From the NCBI GenBank assembly GCA_029880105.1, contig JAOUPA010000003.1, forward strand, positions 1-39,258: 39,258 bases of DNA. Reading direction: 5' to 3'. The notes under the pieces were generated by a model that worked only from the letters and a program-made list of their open reading frames with translations, had not been told where the DNA came from and ran no database searches. A program made the position numbers and the translations under genes. This document shows positions 28,483 to 39,258 of this stretch, piece after piece (position 1 is the first letter of the stretch; the number at the start of each line of letters is the position of its first letter). Source of the stretch: Gammaproteobacteria bacterium (GTDB lineage: Bacteria; Pseudomonadota; Gammaproteobacteria; SZUA-229).

Positions 28483-29157
28483 TCAACCAAATCGCTGTTT
28501 AACGAGCTGCATGACCTGATTTAATACCTGTTCGATATCCAGGCTGGTCGTGTCGATGACAATAGCATCATCAGCGGCTAACAACGGTGAAGCTGATCGT
28601 GTTGAATCTCTTTCGTCGCGCTCCTTGAGCTCGACGGTAAGCTGCGAGAGATTAGCATCAATCCCCTTGTCATTCAACTGCTTATAACGTCTTTTTGCAC
28701 GTTCCTCGGCACTGGCAGTAAGAAATATTTTGAGCTCGGCATCGGGGAAAACCGTGGTACCCATATCACGACCGTCGGCAACAAGGCCTGGGGCCTGTGC
28801 AAAGGCCTTTTGCTTATCCAGCAGGGCCTGACGCACCTCGGGAATTGCCGCCACCTTTGACGCCAGCACACCAGTCATCTCCGTCCGTATCGCCTCGGAG
28901 ACATTTACACCGCGCAGGTAGATACCCAGCGCATCGCCTGATGTCACATATTCTATCTGCATATCTCTTGCCAAATCAGCTAGTTGGGCAACATTATTAA
29001 GATCAGCCTCACTACCAGCACTCAACGCCAGCAATCGGTAGAGTGAACCGCTATCAAGAATATGCCAGCCCAGCTCCCTTGCCACCATCAGGCAGATAGT
29101 GCCCTTGCCAACACCACTTGGGCCATCGAGGGTTAATACTGGTACCTTATTCACCAT
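28483..29157 (-). CDS. cmk: Cytidylate kinase
   Basis: DGPSGVGKGT, LDSGSLYR, ADGRDMGT and RDERD motifs. Confidence 0.98.
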   Translation of the reverse strand: MVNKVPVLTLDGPSGVGKGTICLMVARELGWHILDSGSLYRLLALSAGSEADLNNVAQLADLARDMQIEYVTSGDALGIYLRGVNVSEAIRTEMTGVLASKVAAIPEVRQALLDKQKAFAQAPGLVADGRDMGTTVFPDAELKIFLTASAEERAKRRYKQLNDKGIDANLSQLTVELKERDERDSTRSASPLLAADDAIVIDTTSLDIEQVLNQVMQLVKQRFG

Positions 29158-29162
29158 TTCGA

Positions 29163-30464
29163 TTACTTGAGTGACCGGATAGCCAGGCCGGCTTTTGCCG
29201 CCAGATCAACAAAACCCGGGAACGAGGTATTCACGTTATCACAGTCCTCGATCTCAATTTCCCCAGAGGCACGCAGTGCAGCCATCGAAAAGGCCATGGC
29301 GATACGGTGATCATCATGGCTATGAACCGTACCAGACTGAATCATGCCACCCTGAATGACCATACCGTCAGCGGTCGGCTGCGCATCTACGCCCAAGGCC
29401 TGCAAGCCCTCGGCCATCACCTGGATACGATCACATTCCTTGACTCGAAGCTCTTCAGCGCCGGTAATGATCGTTTCGCCCTGTGCACAGGCAGCCGCAA
29501 CAAAAATGACCGGAAATTCATCAATCGCCAGCGGCACCAGGTGTTCTGGAATCACCGCACCTTTCAACTGTGCGCTCCTGATACGGATATCGGCAACGGG
29601 CTCACCGCCCGCTTCACGCTGGTTCAGCAACTCGATATCAGCACCCATCAATTTCAGGATATCGATAATACCTGTGCGAGTAGGATTGATACCAACATGC
29701 TCGAGCGTGATATCTGAGTTCTGCGCAATACTGGCACCAACCATAAAAAAGGCCGATGAAGAAATATCCGCGGGTACATCAATATCACAGGCATTGAGCT
29801 TCGCTGGTCCCTGTACACACATGGTCGAGCCCTTGACCTCAACCGGCACACCAAATGCCGTCAGCATTCTTTCTGTATGGTCACGCGTCGGTGCTGGCTC
29901 GGTAACACAGGTTCTACCCTCGGCATACAGGCCAGCCAGCAAACAGCAGGATTTCACCTGCGCACTGGCCATCGGCATAACGTAATCCATGCCATGCAGC
30001 TGTCGGCCACCGGATATTTTTAAAGGTGGTCGTCCTTCAGCCGCCGTTTCTACCACGGCACCCATTTCAGCCAGGGGCCTGGTGACTCGGGCCATTGGGC
30101 GTTTTGATAATGAAGCATCACCTTTGAGTTCAACATCAAACGGCAGACCTGAAAACAAACCGGCCAGCAAGCGCATCGAAGTACCCGAATTACCAACATC
30201 CAGCGCCTGCCCAGGTTTTTTAAGCCCATGCATACCAACACCGTGGACCACCACCTTGCCATTATCCGGGCCTTCAATATCAACACCCATGGCACGAAAG
30301 GCACGCAGTGTATTCAGGCTATCTTCACCTTCAAGAAAGCCACTAATGTGACTTGTACCCTCGGCGATAGAACCAAACATGATCGAGCGATGTGAAATGG
30401 ATTTATCACCAGGAACACGAATACTACCTTTTAGTGATCCGCCATTTTGTACTATAAATTTCAT
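29163..30464 (-). CDS. aroA: EPSP synthase (class II type)
   Basis: PGDKSISHR, GNSGTSMR, SAQVKS, RDHTE, IDEFP, ELRVKECDR and DHRIAM motifs. Confidence 0.98.
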   Translation of the reverse strand: MKFIVQNGGSLKGSIRVPGDKSISHRSIMFGSIAEGTSHISGFLEGEDSLNTLRAFRAMGVDIEGPDNGKVVVHGVGMHGLKKPGQALDVGNSGTSMRLLAGLFSGLPFDVELKGDASLSKRPMARVTRPLAEMGAVVETAAEGRPPLKISGGRQLHGMDYVMPMASAQVKSCCLLAGLYAEGRTCVTEPAPTRDHTERMLTAFGVPVEVKGSTMCVQGPAKLNACDIDVPADISSSAFFMVGASIAQNSDITLEHVGINPTRTGIIDILKLMGADIELLNQREAGGEPVADIRIRSAQLKGAVIPEHLVPLAIDEFPVIFVAAACAQGETIITGAEELRVKECDRIQVMAEGLQALGVDAQPTADGMVIQGGMIQSGTVHSHDDHRIAMAFSMAALRASGEIEIEDCDNVNTSFPGFVDLAAKAGLAIRSLK

Positions 30465-30505
30465 TAATGATTTCCAGAAACCCTGTCTTTATTCGCAGAG
30501 CTTCA

Positions 30506-31375
30506 CTACTGATTATTAAACTGATCTCGCGCCTTTTTTGCGCGTGAAAAAATATCGATAAGCGCATCGCCATCTTTTGACTCCAATGCACTGCATATGG
30601 TTTTTAATTCATCTTCGTACTTTTTCATCATGACTAAAATATCATCACGATTACTCAAACAGATATCGCGCCACATCACCGGATCACTGGAGGCAATACG
30701 GGTAAAATCCCTGAAGCCACCTGCAGCAAAACGAAAAATTTCGTCAACATCTTCAAGGCTATTGAGACAATCGACCAGACCAAAGGCCAGTACGTGCGGT
30801 AGATGACTGGTTCCAGCCAGTACCATATCGTGATGCGCAGCATCCATGGTTTCCACATCGGCGCCTGCTGCCCGCCACATATCAGCAACCAACCTGACGG
30901 CCTCTACATCAACACTTTCTGTTGGCGTTAGAATGACTTTACGATTTTCATAAAGCTCCGTGAAGGCGGCGGTGACACCACTCTTTTCGGTCCCTGAAAT
31001 CGGGTGACCTGCAACAAAACGATTAAAGTTTTTACCAAATGCCAGTTCAGCATCTTTGATGACACTTTGCTTGGCGCTACCCGCATCGGTAACGATTGCT
31101 GTTGATGATAAAGCTGGCGCAATCTGTTCAAACACATTTTTCATTGCACTTAGCGGCACAGCAACAACAACGATATCTGCATCTTTTGCAGCTAAAGCAA
31201 AATCGGTTTCATAGCCATCAACCACGCCCAGTTCAACTGCCTTTTTGAGTGTTGCCTCTGTTCTACCTGCGCCAACAATACGTTGACAAAAGCCGGCTTT
31301 TTTTAATGCCAGTGCAAGTGATCCGCCAATCAGGCCGGTACCTATAACACAAACAGTACGTACGCCTGCCGTCAT
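30506..31375 (-). CDS. tyrA: Prephenate/arogenate (cyclohexadienyl) dehydrogenase
   Basis: GTGLIGGS, TDAGSAK, GHPISGTE, HD..LA.TSHLPH and GGFRDFTRIASS motifs. Confidence 0.95.
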   Translation of the reverse strand: MTAGVRTVCVIGTGLIGGSLALALKKAGFCQRIVGAGRTEATLKKAVELGVVDGYETDFALAAKDADIVVVAVPLSAMKNVFEQIAPALSSTAIVTDAGSAKQSVIKDAELAFGKNFNRFVAGHPISGTEKSGVTAAFTELYENRKVILTPTESVDVEAVRLVADMWRAAGADVETMDAAHHDMVLAGTSHLPHVLAFGLVDCLNSLEDVDEIFRFAAGGFRDFTRIASSDPVMWRDICLSNRDDILVMMKKYEDELKTICSALESKDGDALIDIFSRAKKARDQFNNQ

Positions 31376-32493
31376 TTCAGGACCTCTTGCAATGAGGCTA
31401 TCATCCTCTTGTTCTGCTCGGCAGTGCCAATGGTAATGCGCAAAAATTCCGGCATATTATAATTAGCGACTGGCCGCACGATGACACCCTGCTTCAGCAA
31501 TGCATCATAAACTGGCTGAGCATTACGGCGTAAATTAACCGTAATAAAATTCCCCATCGTCGGCAGGCAACTCAGCCCCATCTCATTCAGCGCACCTTTT
31601 AAATATGACTTACCTGAATTATTGAGCTCAACACTTTTCATGATATGTTGTTCATCATCAAGTGAGGCCAGCGCCGCCTCCTGTGCCAGCAAGCTGGTAT
31701 TGAATGGCTGGCGTACACGATTTAATAAATCCGCAATCTCCGGGCTGGATAAGGCATAACCTATACGCAGTCCTGCCAGGGCATAAATTTTTGAAAACGT
31801 ACCGGTAATGACCAGGTTTGGATAACTCGCAAGCCAGGCAGCAATATTGATCTGTAACGAGTCATCCATATATTCGTTGTAGGCCATGTCGAGCACAACG
31901 ATTACATCACCTGGAATATCATCAAGCAGTCGTTTCATTACTTCTGGTTCGAGCCAGGTACCCGTTGGATTATTCGGATTGGCGATAAAAATGACGCGTG
32001 TCTTCTCATCAATGCTATTGAGCAACGCCTCTGGATCATGGCCTAGTGGCATAGTTTCGTGTTCGAGTGAAAATGCCCTGGCTATATTGGCAGCAGCCCC
32101 AACCGCTTGAACAACGATTGGATAAACAGCAAAGGCATATTCAGAATAAACTGCTGAGGTATTCGCATCAAGAAAGGCGCGCGCAACCAGTTCAAGTATA
32201 TCGTTAGAACCATTGCCCAGCGTAATACCCGCATAATCGATCTGAAATTTCTCAGCAATTTTTTTCCTTAGTTTATAGCCGCCGCCATCAGGATAAAAAT
32301 TCACTGACTCACAATGAGCGCGTATCGCGGCAACAGCTTTCTCGCTTGGACCAAGCGGATTTTCATTGGATGCCAGTTTGATCGAGTTCGTTATACCCAG
32401 CTCACGCTCAAGTTCATCAATGGGCTTACCCGGAATATATGGCTTAAGCTGTTGCACACCCGGGGTTGAGAGCGATTGAAATGACTGACTCAT
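31372..32493 (-). CDS. hisC: Histidinol-phosphate / aromatic aminotransferase (class I/II)
   Basis: KLASNENPLG, GNGSND, ANPNNPTG and TFSKIYALAGLRIGY motifs. Confidence 0.95.
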   Translation of the reverse strand: MSQSFQSLSTPGVQQLKPYIPGKPIDELERELGITNSIKLASNENPLGPSEKAVAAIRAHCESVNFYPDGGGYKLRKKIAEKFQIDYAGITLGNGSNDILELVARAFLDANTSAVYSEYAFAVYPIVVQAVGAAANIARAFSLEHETMPLGHDPEALLNSIDEKTRVIFIANPNNPTGTWLEPEVMKRLLDDIPGDVIVVLDMAYNEYMDDSLQINIAAWLASYPNLVITGTFSKIYALAGLRIGYALSSPEIADLLNRVRQPFNTSLLAQEAALASLDDEQHIMKSVELNNSGKSYLKGALNEMGLSCLPTMGNFITVNLRRNAQPVYDALLKQGVIVRPVANYNMPEFLRITIGTAEQNKRMIASLQEVLK

Positions 32494-32526
32494 ACTTAAT
32501 ATAAGAAGTTGTTAGTAAAAAAGAAT

Positions 32527-33612
32527 TTATAGTGCTGCTTTTGGGTAAGAGCCTAGCACCGTAACCATGGCACTTGCCTTCTCTATATCAGATATTGCCT
32601 GACTAATATTCTCGTCATCACGATGACCATCAACATCAATAAAAAAGACATACTCCCAGACACCTTTACGCGATGGCCTGGATTCAATATTACTCATACT
32701 AATATTACGTTTAGCGAGTGGCTCAAGCAGCCCATAAAGAGAGCCGGGGCGGTTATGCGCAAACACAAGCAGGCTGGTACGATCATTGCCGCTAGGTGGC
32801 GACTGATGCTTACCGATGACAACAAATCGAGTTGTATTATCCGGTTCGTCTTCAATATTAGATTTCAGCACAGGCACATCGTATAACTCCGCTGCCTGTA
32901 TGCCTGCTATAGCTGCCGAGTGCTTGTGTTCACGCGCCATCTGCACTGCCTCTGCATTACTATTAGTCGCAATGCGCTGCGCATTAGGTAAATACTTATC
33001 CAGCCACAAACGGCACTGTGCAAAAGACTGCTGATGTGAATAGACACACTCAATCCTGGCTAGCTCGGTTTCACTGGAGATAAGATTATGGCGAATCCGT
33101 AACTCTACTTCGCCACTGATAGATAGCGATGAACGCATCAATAAATCGAGCGTATGATTAATGACACCTTCGGTTGAATTCTCAACAGGCACAACACCAA
33201 AATTGGCACCGTCGGCTTCAACCAGACGAAACACCTCTTCGATATTATCAACCGGCTCACCTTCAAAATGACTACCAAAGTGCTTGATTGAGGCTGAGTG
33301 CGTGTATGTCCCTTCAGGCCCAAGAAATGCAACCTTCAAGGGCTTTTCCAGTGCCAGGCACGCTGCCATAATTTCGCGAAAAATACCGGCTATAGCTTTA
33401 TCACTCAGCGGGCCTTTGTTGCGCTCTTTAACTGCCTTTAAGACCTGGGCCTCGCGTTCGGGGCGGTAAAAATGCCCGCTCTCACCCAGTTGCTGTTTTA
33501 TTTCTGCAACTTTGGCCGCACATTGAGCGCGTTCTGACACCAGTGACTGAATACTGGTATCAATCTCATCGATCCGTTTACGAATATCTGCCAGTGGGTC
33601 TTTGTCAGCCAT
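32527..33612 (-). CDS. pheA: Bifunctional chorismate mutase / prephenate dehydratase (P-protein)
   Basis: N-terminal AroQ domain, LGPEGT, PVENSTEG, NTTRF and ACT-domain IESRPS. Confidence 0.97.
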   Translation of the reverse strand: MADKDPLADIRKRIDEIDTSIQSLVSERAQCAAKVAEIKQQLGESGHFYRPEREAQVLKAVKERNKGPLSDKAIAGIFREIMAACLALEKPLKVAFLGPEGTYTHSASIKHFGSHFEGEPVDNIEEVFRLVEADGANFGVVPVENSTEGVINHTLDLLMRSSLSISGEVELRIRHNLISSETELARIECVYSHQQSFAQCRLWLDKYLPNAQRIATNSNAEAVQMAREHKHSAAIAGIQAAELYDVPVLKSNIEDEPDNTTRFVVIGKHQSPPSGNDRTSLLVFAHNRPGSLYGLLEPLAKRNISMSNIESRPSRKGVWEYVFFIDVDGHRDDENISQAISDIEKASAMVTVLGSYPKAAL

Positions 33613-33627
33613 AATTTTAAATAGTGA

Positions 33628-34791
33628 TTAAATTTGTCGAGCGCTAAGTACGCCATCGATAGACTGAATTTTAGCCAGCACATCATCACTGATAGCATTT
33701 TCCAGGTCGATCAGCGTAAAGGCCAGCTCACCTTTTGACTCGTTTGTCATGTGCAAAATATTCGCACCTGCTTTACCCAGATCATGAGAAATCTGACCTA
33801 GCATATCGGGCATATTCCTGTTAGCAATCGCCAGTCGCGCCGCACCCAGTCTCGGTAGCTTGATATCAGGGAAATTAACCGAATTCTTAATATTGCCATT
33901 CTCCAGAAAATTCCTGAGCTGATCAGCAACCATAATCGCACAGTTTTCTTCGGCTTCAACAGTAGATGCACCCAGATGTGGCAAAGTAATTACTTTGCTA
34001 TTGCCCTTTAATTTTTCAGCGGGAAAATCCGAGACATAGGCGTTAATTTTTCCGCTCTCAATCGCAACCAGTACTGCATCATCATCAACAATACCATCAC
34101 GTGCAAAATTCAGGATTACCGCTCCATCTCTCATCATTGCAATACGGTCTGCATTCAACAGATTTTTTGTCGCTTCGATAAGAGGCACATGAAAAGTAAT
34201 AAAATCAGCCTGTTTTACCAGCTCATCGACGCTACTCATCTCCTGAACTTCTGATGATAACTTCCAGGCACTCTTCACCGTGATGGTCGGATCAAAACCA
34301 ACAACGCGCATGCCCAGGGCAACCGCCGCATTGGCCACCTGAACACCGATAGCACCAAGACCGATGACACCAATAGTTCGACCAGGTAATTCATAACCTA
34401 CATATTTTTTCTTGCCATCCTCAACAGCCTTGTTCTGCTCTTCCGGCGTACCCTGCACATTCGACGCATAATTCCATGCCTGTACAATATTACGACAGGC
34501 CAGCAACATGCCGACTATAACTAGTTCTTTTACTGCATTGGCATTAGCGCCGGGAGCATTAAACACCACAATACCCTGCTCACTGAGCCGACTGACAGGC
34601 ACATTGTTTGTGCCAGCACCAGCACGACCAACCGCTTTCAAATTCGATGAGATTTCCATATCGTGCAATTTTGCAGAACGCAGAATGATGCCATCAGGAT
34701 TGGCGTTATTATCACTAATACTGTAGAGATCAGAAGGAAGTCGACTGAGGCCTTTTTCAGAAATATTATTGTAGGTTCTTATATTTATCAT
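33628..34791 (-). CDS. serA: D-3-phosphoglycerate dehydrogenase with ACT domain
   Basis: RAGAGTNN, NAPGANANAVKE, GLGAIG, NFARD and PHLGASTVEAE motifs; adjacent to serC. Confidence 0.92.
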   Translation of the reverse strand: MINIRTYNNISEKGLSRLPSDLYSISDNNANPDGIILRSAKLHDMEISSNLKAVGRAGAGTNNVPVSRLSEQGIVVFNAPGANANAVKELVIVGMLLACRNIVQAWNYASNVQGTPEEQNKAVEDGKKKYVGYELPGRTIGVIGLGAIGVQVANAAVALGMRVVGFDPTITVKSAWKLSSEVQEMSSVDELVKQADFITFHVPLIEATKNLLNADRIAMMRDGAVILNFARDGIVDDDAVLVAIESGKINAYVSDFPAEKLKGNSKVITLPHLGASTVEAEENCAIMVADQLRNFLENGNIKNSVNFPDIKLPRLGAARLAIANRNMPDMLGQISHDLGKAGANILHMTNESKGELAFTLIDLENAISDDVLAKIQSIDGVLSARQI

Positions 34792-34823
34792 TTTTACTCT
34801 TCTTGTTGTTACTCGATAAATGC

Positions 34824-35903
34824 TTACACACTCTTTTCAAAGTCAGACATAAAGCTAATCAGCGCATCAATGCCCTCAGCTGGCATCGCATTATAAATAC
34901 TGGCGCGCATGCCACCGACTGAACGATGACCTTTTAATGCAACCAGTTTCTGCTTGGCGGCCTGCTCAAGGAATTTGGCATCAAGCTCGGCATTAGCCAG
35001 CACGAAAGGCACATTCATCCAGGAACGACAGTTTTTCTCAACGGGACTTGAATATAGCGCTGATGCATCAATGGCCGCATAAAGCTTTTCTGCCTTAATG
35101 CGATTTTTCTCTTCCATCGCAGCAACACCACCATTCTCTTTCAACCATTCAAACACAAGCCCTGCCAGGTACCAGCTATAAGTTGGTGGCGTGTTATACA
35201 TCGACTCGTTCTCAGCGTGTATCTTGTAATCGAACATCGTAGGCATATTCTGCTTCGACTTACCGATTAAATCTTCACGGATAATAACTATTGTCAGGCC
35301 AGCAGGACCAATATTTTTCTGCGCACCTGCGTAAATCAGGCCGTATTTTGAAACATCAATCTGGCGTGACAAAATATTTGATGACATATCTGCCACCAGC
35401 GGCACATCTCCCGTATCTGGGACATAAGGAAACTCAACACCTACGATAGTTTCATTTGGCGTATAGTGAACGTAAGCTGCATCAGGGTTGAATTTCAGGT
35501 CTGCTGCCGCAGGTACAGTCGTAAATTTACTCTCACTGGTATCAGCGACAATATTTACATCACAGTAACGTTTGGCTTCAGAAATGGCCTTTTTGGACCA
35601 CTGACCGGTCAATATATAATCCGCCGATGTTTTATCGCCAAGCAGATTGATAGGCACCATTGAAAACTGACTGCTAGCACCACCCTGCAAAAACAGAACC
35701 TTGTAATTATCCGGAATCGACATCAGCTCGCGAAGATCTGCCTCAGCCTTTGCAGCTATCGACATGTATTCTTTGCCGCGGTGACTCATTTCCATGACGG
35801 ACATTCCCGACCCATTCCAGTCAAGCATTTCATCACGCGCGCGTTCCAGAACTGCTGTTGGTAATATTGCGGGGCCTGCACTAAAGTTAAAAGCTCTGTT
35901 CAT
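34824..35903 (-). CDS. serC: Phosphoserine aminotransferase
   Basis: FNFSAGPA, EMSHR, DMSS, AGAQKNIGPAG and GHRSVGGMRASIYNA motifs. Confidence 0.98.
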   Translation of the reverse strand: MNRAFNFSAGPAILPTAVLERARDEMLDWNGSGMSVMEMSHRGKEYMSIAAKAEADLRELMSIPDNYKVLFLQGGASSQFSMVPINLLGDKTSADYILTGQWSKKAISEAKRYCDVNIVADTSESKFTTVPAAADLKFNPDAAYVHYTPNETIVGVEFPYVPDTGDVPLVADMSSNILSRQIDVSKYGLIYAGAQKNIGPAGLTIVIIREDLIGKSKQNMPTMFDYKIHAENESMYNTPPTYSWYLAGLVFEWLKENGGVAAMEEKNRIKAEKLYAAIDASALYSSPVEKNCRSWMNVPFVLANAELDAKFLEQAAKQKLVALKGHRSVGGMRASIYNAMPAEGIDALISFMSDFEKSV

Positions 35904-35960
35904 TGTTATTTTTTTATCGGTAATTGTTAAAAGGATAAAGTTATTTTTTACTGAAAATGA

Positions 35961-38540
35961 TTACTCACTTCCTTCGCCTGCATCATCAGTGGCTTCGCTG
36001 TCACCTTCGCCAGAAAGCGCATCAATTTTTTCAATCTCGACCAGCTTTTCACCCTTGGTCAGACGAATCAGACGAACGCCCTGGGTGTTGCGACCCATTT
36101 CACTGACGTCATCAACAGCAATACGAACCAGCGTACCACTATCTGTGATCATCATAATTTCATCATCTGCCTTGACCTGTACGGCACCCACGATCTCACC
36201 ATTACGTTCATTGGTCTTGATCGAGATAACGCCCTGGCCACCACGACCCTTTAATGGGTAATCGGAAACAACGGTGCGTTTACCATAGCCATTTTCCGTT
36301 GAAGTCAGAATCGAGCCTTCATCATCAACCAGAATCATGCTGATAACACGTTGACCTTCAGCCAGCCGCATTCCGCGTACCCCTGCTGCAGTCCTTCCCA
36401 TGGTACGCACATCAGTCTCAGAGAAACGAATAGCCTTGCCCGCGTTAGATAACAGCATAATGTGATTCGAGCCGTTGGTGATAACGACATCAACCAGCAC
36501 GTCATCGTTTCTCAAATCAAGCGCGATGATGCCCGAGGTTCTGGGGCGTGAGAAATTCGACAGCTCAGTCTTCTTAACAGTGCCTGAGCTGGTTGCCATA
36601 AAGATAAAGTGATTTTCATCGTAATTACGAATTGGCAGCACGGCGTTGATACGCTCGCCCTCTTCCAGAGGCAACAGGTTGATAATAGGTTTGCCGCGAG
36701 AGCCACGACCCGCCATCGGCAGCTGGTAGACTTTCAACCAGTAGACTTTGCCACGACTGGAGAAACACAATAGCGTATCGTGAGTATTGGCAACAAACAG
36801 CTTGTCGATGAAATCTTCTTCTTTCATGGTAGTAGCCGATTTACCACGGCCACCACGACGCTGCGTGTTATACACATCCAGCGACTGACACTTGGCATAA
36901 CCCTCGTGTGAGAATGTCACCACGACATCTTCTTCGGTGATCAGGTCTTCCATAGAGAGGTCAAGCTGACTCTCCATAATCTCTGTACGACGTGCATCAC
37001 CGTAGTTGTCACGTATCTCATTGAGCTCATCGCGAATTACCTGCATCAGGCGATCCGGATTTGACAGTATCTCCAGCAACTCCTTAATAAGATCAAGTAT
37101 TTCTTTGAATTCATTGACAATCTTATCCTGCTCCAGACCCGTCAGGCGATGTAGCCGTAGTTCAAGGATGGCCTGGGCCTGAACATCAGATAGATGGTAG
37201 CCGTCATCCTTCAGGCCAAAACGAGGGTCAAGCTGATCCGGGCGTGAAGAGTCAGCACCGGTACGACTGATCATACTGGTGACCATACCTGGCTCCCAGA
37301 CTTTTGCCATCAACCCCTGCTTGGCCTCCGCCGGGCTGGGTGATTTCTTGATCAGCTCGATAACTTCATCAATGTTCGCTAACGCGACGGCCAGGCCTTC
37401 CAGAACATGGGCACGTTCACGCGCCTTGCGCAGGTCGTAAATCGTACGGCGTGTCACCACTTCGCGGCGGTGACGGATAAAGGCCTCAAGAATCTGCTTG
37501 AGGTTAAGTAACTGCGGCTGGCCATCGACCAGTGCCACCATATTAATACCAAAGACACACTGCATTGAGGTCAACTGGAACAGGTTGTTGAGCACGACCT
37601 CGCCAACTTCACCACGGCGCAGCTCGATAACAATGCGCATACCATCCTTATCCGACTCATCACGCAGCTCGGTGATACCTTCGATACGCTTTTCCTTGAC
37701 TAGCTCGGCAATGCGCTCAATCAGTCGCGCCTTATTCACCTGATATGGAATTTCGGTGACGATAATGCTCTGCTTGCCGGTTTTTTCATTCTCGATCACT
37801 TCAGCGCGAGAACGCATGACCATACGACCACGACCAGTCTTGTAGGCCTCCCTGATGCCCTTGGTGCCGTTAATCAGGCCGGCGGTAGGCAGGTCAGGCG
37901 CAGGCAGGTATTGCATCAGTGCATCGATATCGAGCGAGGCGTCGTCAATGAGTGCCAGGCAGGCATTGATCACCTCGGTCAGGTTATGTGGTGGAATATT
38001 GGTTGCCATGCCCACGGCAATACCGGAAGAACCATTGACCAGCATATTCGGCACACGTGTTGGCAGTACTGTCGGCTCAGACTCAGAACCATCATAGTTC
38101 TCAGCAAAATTAACAGTTTCCTTGTCCAGGTCGGCCAGCAGCTCGTGTGCGATTTTGGCCATGCGAACTTCGGTATAACGCATGGCCGCAGGTGAATCTC
38201 CATCAACCGAACCAAAGTTACCCTGGCCATCAACCAGCATATAACGAAGCGAAAAAGGCTGTGCCATACGGACAATGGTGTCGTAGACAGCCGTATCACC
38301 ATGGGGGTGGTATTTACCGATGACATCACCGACCACACGTGCCGATTTTTTATAGGGTTTGTTCCAGTCATTACCCAGAACACGCATCGCATAGAGAACC
38401 CTGCGATGCACCGGTTTCAGGCCATCACGCACATCAGGTAAAGCACGACCGACGATAACGCTCATCGCATAGTCCAGGTAGGACTGCCGCATTTCGTCTT
38501 CTAGATTAACCGGTGAAATTTCTTTTGCAAATTCAGACAT
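35961..38540 (-). CDS. gyrA: DNA gyrase subunit A
   Basis: YHPHGD, catalytic AAMRYTE, GyrA-box QRRGGRG and acidic C-terminal tail. Confidence 0.99.
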   Translation of the reverse strand: MSEFAKEISPVNLEDEMRQSYLDYAMSVIVGRALPDVRDGLKPVHRRVLYAMRVLGNDWNKPYKKSARVVGDVIGKYHPHGDTAVYDTIVRMAQPFSLRYMLVDGQGNFGSVDGDSPAAMRYTEVRMAKIAHELLADLDKETVNFAENYDGSESEPTVLPTRVPNMLVNGSSGIAVGMATNIPPHNLTEVINACLALIDDASLDIDALMQYLPAPDLPTAGLINGTKGIREAYKTGRGRMVMRSRAEVIENEKTGKQSIIVTEIPYQVNKARLIERIAELVKEKRIEGITELRDESDKDGMRIVIELRRGEVGEVVLNNLFQLTSMQCVFGINMVALVDGQPQLLNLKQILEAFIRHRREVVTRRTIYDLRKARERAHVLEGLAVALANIDEVIELIKKSPSPAEAKQGLMAKVWEPGMVTSMISRTGADSSRPDQLDPRFGLKDDGYHLSDVQAQAILELRLHRLTGLEQDKIVNEFKEILDLIKELLEILSNPDRLMQVIRDELNEIRDNYGDARRTEIMESQLDLSMEDLITEEDVVVTFSHEGYAKCQSLDVYNTQRRGGRGKSATTMKEEDFIDKLFVANTHDTLLCFSSRGKVYWLKVYQLPMAGRGSRGKPIINLLPLEEGERINAVLPIRNYDENHFIFMATSSGTVKKTELSNFSRPRTSGIIALDLRNDDVLVDVVITNGSNHIMLLSNAGKAIRFSETDVRTMGRTAAGVRGMRLAEGQRVISMILVDDEGSILTSTENGYGKRTVVSDYPLKGRGGQGVISIKTNERNGEIVGAVQVKADDEIMMITDSGTLVRIAVDDVSEMGRNTQGVRLIRLTKGEKLVEIEKIDALSGEGDSEATDDAGEGSE

Positions 38541-38598
38541 TTAGTGAGAGCAACCCATTTTTTATACTTATAACTAAAGCGTTCCAATAAAGCCCAAA

Positions 38599-38609
38599 AT
38601 ACTAACACA
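38599..38609 (-). promoter_or_regulatory. Putative extended -10 promoter of gyrA
   Basis: Minus strand TGTGT-TAGTAT about 60 nt upstream of the ATG. Confidence 0.4.
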
Positions 38610-38713
38610 AATACTGGACTCACGGCAGTGTAAAACACAATAAAAGCAATCGATTACAGCCAGAAAAAAATACAACAGAAAAGACCAGATATTTGCTATC
38701 CAGAAATACAGGG

Positions 38714-39223
38714 TCAGGCGATCTCTGGCTCTTTACAGGTCGCTGTTTCAGCAAATTCATGACCAAGAAACAGGCAGTAACCCAGCCACTTGTAGAGAAA
38801 ACGATTTAAACGCCATTTCTGTCTAAGCGCAGCTGCAGGCAGATGATCCAGCCGCTGGCGACCATGCTTGAGGTGACCGGCAAGCACCTCGACCAGACGC
38901 GCATCGTGATAGATTCTGAGTCTGATATCGGGCTCAGCAACCAAATGTCGACCTTCCAGAAAATAGTAGGTCATGCATACAGTGGTGGTGAATTTGCTGC
39001 GATCAATAATCTGCAGGTGCAGATCCAGGCAGCCCGGCACCACCGATATTGCCCGGTTGGTAATACCATCAAGATCGGCAACCAGACGCCTGAAACGGAG
39101 ATAATTGTTTTCATACAGATCCATCAAACTGCCGTATCCCCTGGGAGTAACCTCAGCACAGCCATAGCCATCCCTGGCTACCAGCAGAGATCCGGTCATA
39201 TGTCGACTAATACTCATTGGCAC
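38714..39223 (-). CDS. DUF1249 (YqiB-like) family protein
   Basis: LMDLYENNY, SKFTTT, EPDI.LRIYHDARLVEV and KWRLNRFLYKWL.YCL..GH motifs. Start codon uncertain. Confidence 0.88.
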   Translation of the reverse strand: MPMSISRHMTGSLLVARDGYGCAEVTPRGYGSLMDLYENNYLRFRRLVADLDGITNRAISVVPGCLDLHLQIIDRSKFTTTVCMTYYFLEGRHLVAEPDIRLRIYHDARLVEVLAGHLKHGRQRLDHLPAAALRQKWRLNRFLYKWLGYCLFLGHEFAETATCKEPEIA

Positions 39224-39258
39224 ACACCAGAAATAATGATGTCACTGGCAGCACCCAC

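Noticed and set aside
29307-30351. Plus-strand ORFs of 120-209 aa opposite aroA
   Set aside because: Antisense shadows rich in Ser/Thr/Pro/Ala, typical of the reverse frame of a real gene.
38292-38294. GyrA Thr83 as a quinolone-resistance mutation
   Set aside because: Thr83 is the wild-type residue in many susceptible Gammaproteobacteria such as Pseudomonas, and Asp87 is intact.

Overview
This is a core chromosomal region of a non-enteric Gammaproteobacterium, about 45-50% GC by eye. It holds three familiar housekeeping blocks. (1) Minus-strand rpsB-tsf-pyrH-frr-uppS-cdsA-dxr-rseP-bamA-skp-lpxD-fabZ-lpxA, with the t44/S2 leader and its promoter. (2) Plus-strand map-glnD-dapE, then a 4-TM DUF6394-like gene paired with a tandem-RCK K+ channel, tRNA-Arg(CCT), ppiB and lpxH. 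(3) Minus-strand gyrA-serC-serA-pheA-hisC-tyrA-aroA-cmk-rpsA-ihfB-lapB-pyrF, followed by comEA-like and DUF455 genes. No CRISPR array, integrase, transposase or prophage gene is visible. Features missed by the ORF track or otherwise unusual: an AT-rich orphan lipoprotein gene bracketed by GGGTCAG-type inverted-repeat half-sites where lpxB normally follows lpxA; a 1-bp deletion inside the RseP HEXXH motif; a decayed gene of about 165 codons between lpxH and the DUF455 gene; a PKKKAA-repeat tail on ribosomal protein S2; and the small-membrane-protein/K+ channel pair, a candidate two-subunit channel. Family names come from motif recognition only; no searches were run.
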